From NCBI RefSeq assembly GCF_009914755.1, contig NC_060948.1: a stretch of DNA of 64,000 nucleotides; one strand, given 5' to 3'. Source of the DNA: the human T2T-CHM13v2.0 reference genome, Homo sapiens. Below, piece by piece: positions 26,536-40,415 of the stretch. Position numbers and translations under genes: made by a program. The notes beneath the pieces are model-generated. The model was not told where the DNA came from. It ran no database searches and saw nothing but the letters and a program-made list of their open reading frames with translations. Positions within the stretch are counted from its first letter, which is position 1. Every line of letters starts with the position of its first letter.

Positions 26536-29155
26536 ATGATATTTTTTCAAACATAATTTTGTGAGTACTAACAAATAATTTTAATAAATGTGTGGAGTCT
26601 GCTGACTGCAAAATATAAATATTTAGTTGGAAAAATAAAATTTTTATGACTTAAATGACAACTGTTCTGAGGTTTTTACCAACATTAATATAATTATCTG
26701 AAGATGCAACTATGACTTAAAAAACCTAAGTCTTTTTATTTCCAGCATAAAATGATTGTCAAAATAGTTTTACATATTTTAGAATTTTTTTGAAAAAATG
26801 TTTATTTGAAAATAAGTGTTTTAGAATGTATTAAAAAAAACAAAGTAATTGAAAAAAAATATTTTTTCAAAGGTGGCTGAAGGAAGAGATCCAGTTTGCA
26901 GCCCCTAGTGAGATCAAACAAAAAGGACTGGGATTTCTGCATCTCCAAGTGAGATACCCAGCTCATCTCATTTGGACTAGTTAGACAGTGGGAGCAGCCC
27001 ACAAAGGACAAGCTGAAGCAGAGTGGGGCACCACCTCACGTGGAAAGCACAAGGGGTTGGGGAAGTGCCTACCCTGGCCAGGGGAAGCTGTAAGGGACTG
27101 TGCTGTGAGGAATGGTGCATTCCAGCCCAGATACTACACTTTCCCCATGGTCTTTGCAACCTGCAGACCAGGAGATTCCCTAGGTTGCCCACACCACTGG
27201 GATCCTGGGTTTCAAGCACAAAACTGAGCGGCCATTTGGACAGACACCAAGCTAGCTGCAGGAGTTTTTTGTTTTTTGTTTTTTCTTTCCTAACCCAGTG
27301 CCACCTGAAACACCAGCAAGACAGAACTGTTTTGTAAACAGGGATGAAGCCTTAAGGCCAAGTGATCTAGCTAAGTGGATCCCGCCCCCATGGAAGCAAG
27401 AAAGCTAAGATCCACTGGTTTGAAATTCTTGCTACCAGCACAGCAGTCTGAAGTCAACCTGGGATACTTGAGCTTGGTGGTGGGATAGATGTCCACCCTT
27501 ACTGAGGCTTGTGTAGGTGGTTTTCCTCTCACAGCATAAGAAAAACCACAGGTAAGTTCAAACTGGGCAGAGCCCACCGCAGTTTGGCAAATCCACTGTA
27601 AACAGACTGCCTCTCTAGAGTCCTCCTCTCTGGGCAGGGCATCTCTGAAAGGAAGGCAGCAGCCCCAGTCAGGGGATTATAGATAAAACTGCCATCTCCT
27701 TAGGACAGAGCAGCACCTGGGAGAAGGGGTGGCTGTGGGCACAGCTTCAACAGACTTAAACATTCCTGTCTGCTGGTTTTGAAGAGAGCATCAGATGTCC
27801 CAGCACAGTGCTTGAGCTCTGCTAAGGTACAGACTGCCTCCTCAAGTGGGTCCCTGACACCTGTGCCTCCTGACTGGGAGACACCTCCCAGCAGGGGTCA
27901 ACATATGCCTCATACAGGAGACCTCTGGCTGGCATCTGCCAGGTGCCCCTCTGGGATGTAGCTTCCAGAGGAAGGACAGGCAGCAATCTTTGATATTCTG
28001 CAGCCTCCACTAGTGATACTCAGGGTAACAGGATATGGAGTGGACCTCCAGCAAACTCCAGCAGACCTGCAGCACAAGTGCCTGACTTCTAGTAAGAAAA
28101 CTAATGAACAGAAGGGAATAGAAACAACATCAACAAATAGGATGTCCACACTAAACCACATCCAAAGGTTACCAACATCAAAGACTAAAGGTAGATAAAT
28201 CTAGGAAGATGAGGAAAAACAGCACAAAAAAGCTAAAAATTCCAAAAACCAGAACATCTCTTTTCCTTCAAAGGATCACAACTCCTCACCAGCAAAGGAA
28301 CAAAACTGGATGGAGAATGACTATGATGAACTGACAGAAATAGACTTTAGAAGGTGGGTAGTAATAAACTCTTCTGAGCCAAGGGAGCATGTTCTAACCC
28401 ATGACAAGGAAGCTAAGAACCTTGAAAACCAGTTAGAGAAACTGCTAACTAGTGAAACCTGTTTACAGAAAAACATAAATGACCTGATGGGGCTGACAAA
28501 CACAGCATGAGAACTTCGTGAAGCATACACAAGTATCGACAGCCACATTGATCAAGCAGAAGAAAGGATATCAGCAATTGAAGATCAGCTTAATGAAATA
28601 AAGTGTGAAGACAAGATTACAGAAAAAAGAATGAAAATGAACAAACAAAGCCTCCAAGAAATATGAGACTATGTGAAAAGACCAAATCTAGGTTTGATGG
28701 GTGTACTTGAAAGTGACAGGGAGAATGGAACCAAGTTAGAAAACTGTCTTCAGGATATTATCTAGGACAACTTCCCCAACCTAACAAGACAGGCCAACAT
28801 TCAAATTCAGGGAATAAAGAGAACACAACAAAGATACTCCTCAAGAAAAGCAAACCCCAAACACGTAACTGTCAGATTCACCAACATTGAAATTAAAGAA
28901 AAAATGTTAAGGGCAACCAGAGACAAAGGTCGGGTTACCCTCAAAGGGAAGTCCCTAAGACTAACAGTAGATGTTTCTGCATAAACATTATAAGCCATAA
29001 GAGAGTGGGGGCCAATATTCAACATTTTTAAAGAAAAAAAATTACAACCCAGGAATTCATATTCAGCCAAACTAGGCTACATAAGAGAAGAAGAAATAAA
29101 ATCCTTTACAGACAAGCAAGTGTTGAGAGATTTTGCCATCATCAGCCCTGCCTTA

Positions 29156-29930
29156 AAAATGCTCATCATCACTGGCCATCAGAGAAATGCAAATTGAAAC
29201 CACAATGAAATACCATCTCACACCAGTTAGAATGACGATCATTAAAAAGTAAGAAAACAACAGGTGCTGGAGAGGATGTGGAGAAATAGGAACACTTTTA
29301 CACTGTTGGTGAGACTGTACACTAGTTCAACCATTGTGGAAGTCAGTGTGGCTGATTCCTCAGGGATCTAGAACTAGAAATACTATTCAATCCAGCCATC
29401 CCATTACTGGGTATATACCCAAAGGATTATAAATCATGTTGCTATAAAGACACATGCACACGTATGTTTATTGCGGCACTATTCATAATAGCAAAGACTT
29501 GGAACCAACCCAAATGTCCAACAATGATAGACTGGATTAAGAAAATGTGACACTTATACATCATGGAATACAATGCAGCCATAAAAAATGATGGGTTCAT
29601 GTCCTTTGTAGGGACATGGATGAAACTGGAAACCATCATTCTCAGCAAACTTTTGCAAGGACAAAAAACCAAACACCACATGTTCTCACTCATAGGCGTG
29701 AATTGAACAATGAGAACACATGGACACAGGAAGGGGAACATCACACACTGGGGACTGTTGTGGAGTGGGGGGAGGGGGGAGGGATAGCATTAGGAGATAT
29801 ACCTAATGCTAAATGATGAGTTAATGGGTGCAGCACACCAACATGGCACATGTATACATATGTAACAAACTGCACGTTGTGCACAGGTACCCTAAAACTT
29901 AAAGTATAATAATAACAAAATTCAAAAAAA
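29156..29930 (+). mobile_element. Younger 5'-truncated L1PA 3' end nested in the host L1 ORF1
   Basis: AAAATGCTCATCATCACTGGCC...AAAACTTAAAGTATAATAATAA plus A tail; host resumes GAGCTCTGGAAGGAAGCACTAA. Confidence 0.9.
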
Positions 29931-31267
29931 GAGCTCTGGAAGGAAGCACTAACCATGGAAAGGAAAAACTGGTAATAGACACTGCAAAAACATATCAAAT
30001 TGTAAGGACCACCGACACTGTGAAGAGACTGCATCAACTAATGGGTAAAATAACCAGCAGCATGATAATGACAGGATCAAATTCACACATAATAATATTA
30101 ACCTTAAATGTATACAGGCAAAATGCCACAAATAAAAGACACAGACAAGCAAATTGGATAAATAGTGAAGACTCATCAGTGTGCTATATTCGGGAGACCC
30201 ATATCATGTGCAAAGACACACATAGGATCAAAATAAAGGATGGAGGAATTATTTACCCAGCAAATGGAAAGAAAAAAATAGCAAAGTGTGCTATCCTAGT
30301 CTCTGGTAAAACAGACTTTAAACCAACAAAGTTCAAAAAAGACAAAGAAGGGCATTACATAATGGTAAAGTTATCAATGCAACAAGAACAGTTAACTATC
30401 CTAAATATGTATGTACCCAATGCAGGAGCTCCCAGATTCATAAAGTAAGCTCTTAGAGACCTATAAGGAGATGTAGACTACCACATAATAATAGGGGGAG
30501 ACCTTAACACCTCACTATCAATATTAGATCAATGAGACAGAAAATTAACAAGGATATTCAGGACTTGAACTCAGCTCTGGACCAAGTGGACCTAGTAGAC
30601 ATCTACAGAACTCTCCACTGCAAATCAACAGAATATACATTCTTCTCAGCACCACACCACACTTATTCTAAAATTAACCACATAATTTGAAGTAAAACAC
30701 TCCTCAGCAAATGCAAAAGAATGCAAATTATAACAGTCTGTCAGACCACAGTGCAATCAAATTAGAACTCACAATTAAGAAATTCACTCAAAACCACACA
30801 AGTACATGGAAACTGAACAACCTGCTCCTGAATGACTACTGGGTAAATAACAAAATTAAGTCAGAAATAAGTTCTGTGAAACCAATGAGAACAGGACACA
30901 ACCTATCAGAATCTCTGAAACACAGCTAACACAACATTTAGAAGAAAATGTAGAAATGAAAGTGTTTTATACAGGAGAAAGAAGGAAAGATCTAAAAATT
31001 GACATGCTAACATCACAATTAAAGGAACTAGAGAAGCAAGAGCAAACAAAAGTTAACAGAAGACAGGAAGTAAATAACATCAGAACAGAGCTGAAAAAGA
31101 TAGAGACTGGAAATCTCTTCAAAAAAATCAATGAATCCAGGAGCTGTTTTTTTAAATAAATTAACAAAATAGATAGACTGCTAGCCAGACTAATAAAGAA
31201 GAAGAGAGAGAAGAATCAAATAGACACAATAAAAAAATGATAAGGGGATATCACCATTGAAGGTAGT

Positions 31268-32179
31268 TTGTATTTCTGTGATCCCACAGAAAAACAAACC
31301 ACCACCAGAGAATACTATGAACATCTCTATGCAAATACATCAGAAAATCTAGAAGAAATGGACAAATTCCTGGCTACATATACCCTCCCAAGTCTAAACC
31401 AAGAAGAAGTCAAATCCCTAAATAGACCAATAACAAGCTCTGAAGTTGAGGCAGTAATTAATACCCTACCAGCCAAAAAAAGCCCAGGACCAGACAGATT
31501 CACATCTGGATTCTGCCAGAGATACAAAAATGAGGTGGTATCACCCCTTCTGAAACAATTCCAAACAATAGAGAAAGGGGAACTCCTCCCTAACTCATTT
31601 TATGATGCTGTCAACACCCTGATACCAAAACCTCACATGAACATCGATGCAAAAATCCTCAATAAAATACTGGCGAAGCGAATCCAGCAGCACATCAAAA
31701 AGCTTATCCACCACAATCAAGTCGGCTTCATCCCTGGGATGCAGGTCTGGTTCAAAGTACACAAATCAATAAACATAGTTCATCACATACACATTACCCA
31801 CAACAAAAGCCACATGGTTATTTCAATAGATGCAGAAAAGGCCTTCAATAAAATTCAGCACCTTTTCTTGCTAAAAACTGTCAATAAACTAGGTATTGAT
31901 AAAGCGTATCTCAAAATATTAAGAGCTATTTATCACAAACCCATAGCCAATATCATGCTGAATGTTCAAAAGCTGGAAGCATTCCCTTTGAAAGCCGCCA
32001 CAAGACAAGGATGCCCTCTCTCACCACGCCTATTCAACACAGTGTTGGATGCTCTGTCCAGGGAAATAAGGCAAGAGAAAGAAATAAAGCGTATTCAAAT
32101 ACAAAGAGAGGAAGTCATATTGTCTCTGTTTGCAGATGACATGATTGTATACTTAGAAAACCCCATCGTCTCAACCTAA
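31268..32179 (+). pseudogene. L1 ORF2 reverse-transcriptase fragment (303-aa open stretch)
   Basis: [42 protein letters not shown] motifs; internal deletion near 31633; flanking stops. Confidence 0.93.
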
Positions 32180-33652
32180 AATCTCCTTAAGCTGATAAGC
32201 AATTTCAGCAAAGTCTCAGGATATGAAATCAATGTGCAAAATTCACAAGCATATCTATACACCAATAATAGACAAACCATGAGTAAACTCCCATTCACAA
32301 TCGCTAAACACACACACACACACACACACAAAACCTAGGGATACAATTTACAACAGATGTGAAGGACCTCTTCAAGGAGAACTACAAATCACTGCTCAAG
32401 GAAATAAGAGGGGACACAAACAAATGGAAAAACATTCCATACTCACGGATAGGAAGAATCAGTATCATGAAAATGGCGTTACTGCCCAAAGTAATTACAG
32501 ATTCAACACTCTACCCATCAAGCTCTCATTGAATTTCTTCACAGAATTAGAAAAAAAAAACTACTTTAAATACCATATGAAACCTGAAAAGAACCCATAT
32601 AGCCAAGACAATCTTAAGCAAAAAGAACAAAATTGGAGGCATCATGCTACATGACTTCAAACTATACTAAAAGGTACAGTAACCAAAACAGTATGATACT
32701 GGCACAAAAACAGATATATAGACCAGTGGAACAGAACAGAGCCTTCAGAAATAAATTCACACATCTGCAACCATGTGATCTTTGACAAACCTGGCAAAAG
32801 CAAGCAATGGGGAAATGCTTCCCTATTTAATAAATGGCGTCAGGAAAACTGGCTAACCATATGCAGAAAACTGAAACTGAACCCCTTCCTTACACCTTAT
32901 ACAAAAATTAACTCATGATGGATTAAAGACTTAAATGTAAGACCTAAAATAATAAAAACCCTAGAAGAAAACCTAGGCAATACCTAGGACAAAGGCATGG
33001 GCAAAGACTTAATGACTAAAACACCAAAAAACAATGGCAACAAAAGAAAAAAATGACAAGTCGGATCTAATTAAACTAAGGAGCTGCTGCACAGTGAAAG
33101 AAAATATCATCAGACTGAACAGGCAACCTACATTTCTTTTACCTAGAATTCTTGCTAAGCTCTCTTACTAAATCTAAGTTATATCATTTTCTTCTTGCAG
33201 ATAATTACATCTTCTGCAACTAATGGAAGTTTTAACTGTTCCTTTTTAATATTTAGTCAACTAGTTTATTTTTCTTTCTTTACACTATTAATCAAGATTG
33301 CTAAAATTGTAATATAAAGTGATGATTTTTTCTATGTGTGTATTATGAAATGTGAGTATCCATGAAATATGTCTGGTGACACATATACAAAATTCCAATA
33401 TGGCATATATCCTTCACATAAAACCCACACCCATGAATGTTTATGCCTACATATGAATAAAATGTAGCAGAATAAAGTTAAGGAGAATGCTTGGAATCAT
33501 AATTGGTTGGACCTTGATAATCAAAAGAGAATACTCAGAAGCCATAAAAGAAAAAAAAAGTGATTTATAAAACTACATAAAACCTAATTAAAAATTTCTC
33601 CATGCCAAAAGACTCCAAATTAAACTGAAAACCAAATATCACATCCTATTAA

Positions 33653-33838
33653 GAGTAAGCAAGCATTTTTCTGTAAAAGGTCAAGTAGTGCTGTTAATAT
33701 TTCAGAATTTCAAAGTCTGATAGTCTCTACAGCCACTAATCACTGTCATTATCACTTGAAAATAGCCATAAACACTAGGTAGCACTGTATACTAAGAAAA
33801 CTTTGTTTACTAAAGAGGGATCTAGTTGGTGACTCCTA
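33653..33838 (+). mobile_element. MER58-like hAT DNA transposon fossil
   Basis: TTTTTCTGTAAAAGGTCAAGTAGT...AGCCATAAACAC...AAACTTTGTTTAC...TAGTTGGTGACTCCT. Confidence 0.6.
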
Positions 33839-34944
33839 ACTTAGAATAAAATGATTGCAATTTTTATAATGGTGAAGGACCAAATAACAATATTATTTTA
33901 CAAAATTTAGAATTTTATCTGACAAAATCTGCCAATAAAAATTGTCAGAAGATATGGCTGAAGCAAATATCCTTACTTTTGTTGTATAAATACTCCATTA
34001 TTTAAATATGCATAGGAATTCACAGACAGTATTTTTTTTTCAGTTTCCCAGTAGGGTGGGAGTCAAGAAACATCAGCCTAGAACATTTATTATAGTCTTT
34101 ATTTTTTTCCTTTTTCTAATATTTGCTATTGGTTATGTTTTTGTTTAAATTACCCAGTTAAACCTGCCTAGACTACTAGAACCTAAAATGTTTAATTTTA
34201 GAGGAGATAATTTTAGCATTGAAATTAAAACATAGCCCTTCTATCATGAAAACAATTTTACAATTTATTTGGTGTTCATTTTTCAAATGTGGAGTAAATG
34301 CAAATTATCCTTTTACAGACACCAAGTGGAGAGAAAATTTCCATCAGTGTGTTGGCTACACATTGCAAGTGAGATGAAGAACCCCACATTTCTGCTGAAG
34401 ACCTCAGAAGGCAAATTTTAAGCCATGGATTTTCTGTCAGTTTAGTTCTTTGATACAAAATTCATTTCTCTCCATATTTTCCTTTAACCTAAAATTTTCT
34501 AACACCATGAATTTGCCATTTGGCTACTATGTAAATAAACTGTTCAGCAGGTGACTAAAAAGCCACATCATTTACATATGCTAGTTCTCTATACATATGA
34601 GGAGTTAAGCCTTCTTACGAGCAATTATGAGAAATTAAAAAAAAAGGACTGAATTGACAGATATCATCAAAATCCTTTTTCCTCCACACTGTATTTTAGT
34701 CTTTTGATATATATTCCATTAGGATGTTTAGAGCTTTGTCATTTTACTTCGTTCCTTAGTGAAATACAGTTAAAAATATACAAATAAAGAATAAAAGAAA
34801 AAAGAAAAAGGAGGCTTATTATTCACTAAATTACATGGGCAGACACTGAAAAATATAGGTTATCATCTAAGTTCTTTTGCAAAGCTACCAGTGTAGTAAT
34901 TATTTTAATTATTTAATGAAAAGGTACAATTTTTATTACTATTT

Positions 34945-35054
34945 TAGAGGCACGGTCTCACTCTGTCCCCCAAGCTGCAGCATACAGCGTAATCACAGCT
35001 CACTGCAGCATTGACATCTTGGGCTCAAGTAATCCTTTCACCTCAACCTCCTGA
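34945..35054 (-). mobile_element. Antisense Alu right-arm fragment running into a GAAG array
   Basis: GAGGCACGGTCTCACTCTGTC...CAGCTCACTGCAGC...GGGCTCAAGTAATCC...CCTCCTGAG. Confidence 0.75.
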
Positions 35055-35320
35055 GAAGGAAGGAAGGAAGGAAGGAAGGAAGGAAGGAAGGAAGGAAGGA
35101 AGGAAGGAAGGAAAGAAGGAAAGAAGGATGGAAGGAAGGAAATGCCCCTCAACTGGGCTTTGTCTGATTTTCTTTTCTCATGACTGGACCTGAATTATGG
35201 GTTTTGAGAAGAGTCCCACAGAGGTAAAGGAAGGAAGGAAGGAAGCAAGGAACGAAGGAAGGAAGGAAGAAAGGAATGGAGTCAGGGAGGGATGAAGGGA
35301 AGGAGGGAAGGAGGGAGGTT
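35055..35320. repeat. (GAAG)14 plus degenerate GAAG/GGAG array, possibly DYS607
   Basis: 14 perfect GAAG units at 35055-35110, then GAAA/GAAG/GATG variants. The marker name is from memory only. Confidence 0.6.
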
Positions 35321-36599
35321 GGTTACTGGAGGCATCATTACATTAGCTGGAATTTGTTTTCTTTTCTTTGTTGCATCATTAAAATAAAACCACAAATGCA
35401 ACAGTGTCCAGTAAGTAGAAATGTGCTTTCAGTACTGTTATCCATAGGAAACAGAAGTGATTGATGGCATCTTCCTTTCATCCCAAAGAAAGAATATAGT
35501 TTTCACAGTTTAGGTTACAGTCAATCAGGACTACATCTTAAACTTATTCAATTCAAGCTGGCAGATTTCTGGGATTATAGGATCTTTTAATTTGTTTGCC
35601 TGTCCTGATTCTGGTTATAGTTAGAACACCTATAAATAACTAGTTTTTAAAAGTGCAAATGCATACTCCAGCTTTAAAGATACCTTCCCTGCTAGTAGAC
35701 TATTGAAGACAGAGTTTATTTGATCATCTTTGGAATGTATGTTTCCATCCTACTAATTCCTGTATTTTTGACATGTCTAATAAAACTGTGATGCATAAAA
35801 CATTGCTGAATAGCAGACAGTTGTAAATAACTTACTTTAGTACTGACAGGGAAGCAAATGAACTTTGGAAAGTGATATCAAGCTGAGCTTAAGTAGGAAG
35901 GCTGAAAAATAAACTCCAGCAACATGGGATTGGTTCACTCTTGAAGAGGGAATCTGTGATGAAGATATAGAGATAGAGGTTCAGAGAGGAGCTCATTACA
36001 TGACAGATTAAGACGTCTTAAGGTGACCCTATATACAGCTACCCTGACAGGTGATGCCTTACAACCTCAAGAAAAGTAAGTTTTAAGACCAGCAGAGTGG
36101 GAAGATAGAATAGACAGATGCTGCCTGCCTCCCAAACAAAATAAGTTTGTAGGTTCTCTTATCACACCACATTTGACTTTGTGGTTTAATGACCAACATC
36201 TTTTTCTAACAGTGAGAATAAGTTGGAGTCCTTAAAAATAAAAATATAGCCAAGTGGCACAGGAAATCTCCAATGGACATGTGCAATAAAAGAGAGGTAT
36301 TTCATATCGCTTCACAGGACCCTAATCTGTAGAATTAAATGTTTGCAGTAGGCAATCTTCAGAGTGCTATACCATGTTTTGTGTCTAAGTTACAGGGACT
36401 GTAGAGTCCAGTATGAAGGCTTCCCCTTTAAGAAACAAACAAACAAACAAAACTAAACTAAAAAGGAGGCACCTACTTAAAAACATGCCATTTAATCTGA
36501 AAATTCTGTAAATGCTTACCAGTGGCCTTCAGTGAGCACCCTCACATCTCTAGTAGAACAGGGAGACTGGGCCTTATCCCTCACAGACAGGGACTATGT

Positions 36600-37075
36600 T
36601 ATCACTCATGACAAGAAGTTCATGGGAGTTTTCCCATGCACAATGACAGTTGAACAAAATCTTGGCTTTTTTTCAGATCTTCCCTGTTGTTGATATCCTT
36701 ACAGTTGTGAAAGCTAGTAATCAGATATTTGGTGAAATGCCCCTCAACTGGGCTTTGTCTGATATTATTTTCCCATAACGGGACCTGAATTATGGGTTTT
36801 GAGAAAAGGCCCACAGAGGTAAAATGCTGTATTCATGATAGGAAGAGTGCACCCTTTCAGTGAGACTTGTCACTGTTGATGTTAATTTTGGACTCCAGGC
36901 TGAGATAGTACTTTTTCACGTTTTTCTATTTTAAAGATGTTCTGTTTTCCTCTTCCCATACAGTACTCCTTGGAAGGAAGTCACTATGGACAAAGCACAC
37001 ATGAGAATTTGGGACTTATTAAGAGAGACAATCAAAATAAATGATTTGCAATTTTTCTGCATGGTTAAGTTCTCC
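36600..37075 (-). mobile_element. Ancient L1MC/ME-type 3'UTR fragment
   Basis: GACTTGTCACTGTTGATGTTAATTTTG...GGCTGAGATAGT...TACTCCTTGGAAGGAAGTCACTATG. Confidence 0.6.
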
Positions 37076-37621
37076 ATGCTTCCTTTACAGTTTAATGAGT
37101 CTTCCCTGAATGATATAATTCTGTAAATCCATCCAGGACAAAAAAGAAAAAACCTAATAAAAACCGTCTCCCTTTATTTAAGACAACCTGAAAGGGATTA
37201 ACACAAATTAAGCTGTATGTTTTGTCGATAATAGATGGTTACTTTTTAATAGCAGAGAGAATTCCAATATATCCAACTGCTAGCTGCTTGTCCCAAATGT
37301 GATACAGAGGCAGCTTTGAGGGGGGGTCTCCAGATAGCAACAATAAAGGGAACTTGTGCCTATAGCATGACAAATATACATGTTGATCTTTCCAGGTTGA
37401 TATCTTAGATTCACGTTTTGTCTGTAGTTCATAATATTCAGTTATCTCTGGACAAATTGTTTCTACCTTTTTCAGTCTCAGTGTCTTCTTATGGATAATA
37501 ATAGTGACTTTCTTCAATAGTTACATGAAAATTGGAAGAAGTCATGTATGTTTGTGTGGTGCTTTGTGTAATACCCGTTGTTTGCTATTTCCCTATTGTG
37601 TTTTTACTGCAATATATGTCT

Positions 37622-37910
37622 TAGCGAGGCATAGTGGATAAACATTTTGTGAGGCTGAGGTGGGGAGACTGCTTGAGGTGAAGAATTCAAGAGCAAACTG
37701 GGCAGCACACTAAGACTCCAACTCTACAAAAATAGGAAAAATAAAATAAAATTAGCTGGGTGTGGTGGCACATGCTGGTATTCCCAGCTACTCAGGAGGC
37801 AGGGATAGAAGGATCACATAAGCCCAAGAGGTCAAGGCGAGACTGAGCTATAATCACACTCCTGTTCTCCAGCCTGTGCAACATAGCAAGACTGCAATCT
37901 CTAAAAATAT
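37622..37910 (+). mobile_element. AluJ (diverged)
   Basis: GAGGCTGAGGTGGGGAGACTGCTTGAG...TTAGCTGGGTGTGGTGGCAC...CCAGCCTGTGCAACATAGCAAGAC. Confidence 0.85.
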
Positions 37911-39379
37911 ATATTTAGATGTATAGACATTTATAAAATAATTATTTTAATAATATGAAGAGCTTCAAATTTGTTCAGGAAGGTGTTTAGGCAGCTTAAT
38001 CTCTGGGTATGCCCTGATTCTGTGATACTAAAAACAAGCAAAATCAGAGGTGTTGGTGGATATTTCCTGGATCCTAAGACAAACAGAATTCAAATGCAGG
38101 CTGCTGCATTATATTATACAGTCCACATGACTTCAGGTTTTGGATTTCGATGGCCCGTCATAGTTCTTTGATATTTGTTTATGCTACAAATAATGAATGA
38201 ATATCAGATGAAAACTGTGTAGGTAAGTACAAAATTGATAAGGAGTGATTTTTTAAGTATGAGAATTCCATTTGTATAATGCAAAAATGAATGTTTGATT
38301 TATGAATATGTGTATCTCTTGAGGAAGGAATGTAGCAACCCTTTTTCCTAATTCTCATTTCACATAATAAAGATTTTATAGGAAATAACAGAACTAAAAA
38401 TTTTACTTCTTAAAGAAATAATACAAAATTAAGAACATTAACAAGATGAAAAAATTATCAAAATTTGGCTACATTTACTACTTAGAAGTCTACTGACTAT
38501 AAAAGCAGTTCCTAAGTCACGCTTTTAAAAAAGCATGTAGGCAAATTTAATCTTCTTGAAAACATTTGGTATGGTAAAAGATAGATCAGATATGATATAG
38601 TCACGGATAGAAATTGTCTAACATATTTTATGGTTTATTTTTAATATAGTCCAACTATCTGGCCCAATAAACCTATTAAAATTATATCAAGATACGTTAA
38701 CTCTATTTTTCTCCTCTATGACACATAGATTAAGGGAAACTCTTAAATACCTCACATAACCATATAAATATTATAGGATTGTTTTCTGCTTTAATAATAA
38801 TGTTTTCAGTTTGCAATAATTTTTTCCAAAAGGAAGGCTGTCTATTGGACTGATGATCATTACTTCATGAGTTTAAAAATAATAATTTTGTTCAGTTCAT
38901 ACTATCGACAGAGAAGGACCTCGTGACAAAGAAAAAACAAAACAATAATGATGGCTACCTAGTGTGGCCAATAATTAGTGCAGAGATGTTTTGTATAAAG
39001 ATTTTATGAACTGTGAAAGAAGCTGCATAATTCTTAGAGATTGAAAATATGTGTGTTAATTCTTTCTCATGAGACTATCTCTAGTTTGCTGATACTAAAA
39101 TGGTCATTAGGGAGGAATAGTCTATTAGTTTAGAAAATACAGACTCTTACACTGTATCACAAAATAGATAAAATGACTGGTGTCTTTCCTGCAGGAGGAG
39201 AGCTCATGTGGACAGTGTGTATATGAAGCAAACAGAAGACAACCAAACAATGCATATTTTATTATATCCTCTGATGCAGGAGGGCATGGGAGGTTGAGGG
39301 AAGATGACCAATGTATCCAAATTCAATGGTAGAGAAGCTCTGGGTTTTATCTGTCTTGAATGTCCCTTGTCTTCCAAGG

Positions 39380-39880
39380 TGTGATGGTTAATTTTAAGTG
39401 GCAACTTCAACTGAATTAAAGGTTACCCAGATAGCTGGTGAAGCATTATTTCTAGGAGTGTCTTTAAGGGGGTTTCCAGAAGAGACTGGCATTTGACTCT
39501 GTAGCCTGAGCTAAGACTATACACTGTCATCAAATGGGAGCAGGCACCATCCAATCTGTTGACATTCCTGGATAGAACAAAAAAGGCAGAGGGAAGACAA
39601 ATTTGCTCTTTCTCTTCTGGATTGGAGACAAACTTCTTCTCTTGCCCTTGGACATCAGAACTCCAGGTTTCTCTGGCCTTCATGTCTGGAACTTCAACCA
39701 GCACCCTACATCCCCATCCAATTATGAAACCAAGAATTATACATCAGATTTCCTGGTCTGAGGCTTTTGCCTGCAGAACTGTCTTCCCTGGATCTCCAGC
39801 TTGCAGACTGGCCGTTGTGGGACTTTTCAGCCTCTATAATCCTGTGATCCAATTCTTCTCATAAATCTTCCTCATACCTC
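39380..39880 (+). mobile_element. MLT2-type ERVL LTR
   Basis: TGTGATGGTTAATTTTAAGTGGCAACTT...CCCAGATAGCTGGTGAAGCATTATTTCT...TCTCCAGCTTGCAGA. Confidence 0.8.
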
Positions 39881-39887
39881 TTCCTCT

Positions 39888-40235
39888 CACAGAGAGAAAG
39901 AGAGAAAGAAGAAAAATTCCATACCTATGAGAGAGAGAGAAGAAGGAGAAGGGAAGGAGAAAGAGGAAGACAGAGAGAGGAGGGAAACAATGACAGATAG
40001 AGAGGAGAGAGAGAAGAGTATATGAGATACGAAAGAAACAGAAGTGAAAAAGAAGAGAAAGGGTAATGGAGAGACCGAGGGAGAGAGAAAAAGAAGAGAG
40101 AGAGAAGAGAGGAAATCAGGGGACAGAGGAGAAGAGGGAGGGTGGTAGAGAAAAGACAGTAAGAGAGAGGGAGACAGGAGACAGAGAGACAGAGACAGGA
40201 GAAAAAGACGAGAATAGAGGGTAAATTGAGATTGA
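39888..40235. repeat. GA-rich low-complexity tract
   Basis: Direct reading. Confidence 0.85.
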
Positions 40236-40380
40236 GACTGAGCCTGGGCTTCTATTTTTCTCCTGCCCATCTTTGGTAATGACATGACCTTGAAAATCAT
40301 TGATCTACCTCATCTATTAAGAGTCAAAGAGACATCTCCAGGAAAGTAGATGGTGCTGATGAGGGCTTAGAGAGGATGGA

Positions 40381-40382
<2 letters not shown>

Positions 40383-40413
<31 letters not shown>
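40383..40413. repeat. (TG)n microsatellite
   Basis: Direct reading. Confidence 0.9.

Positions 40414-40415
<2 letters not shown>

Larger units (their letters stand above)
26870..33131 (+). mobile_element. Older L1PA (PA7/8-like) with 5'UTR, ORF1 and most of ORF2; 3' end lost
   Basis: 5'UTR ~26870-28200; ORF1 remnant from ATG at 28209; ORF2 start MTGSNSHI at ~30068; stops abruptly at AGGCAACCTACA. Confidence 0.92.

Noticed and set aside
31268-32179. 303-aa reverse-transcriptase ORF as a novel RT system
   Set aside because: Ordinary decayed L1 ORF2 with an internal deletion, non-ATG start and flanking stops.
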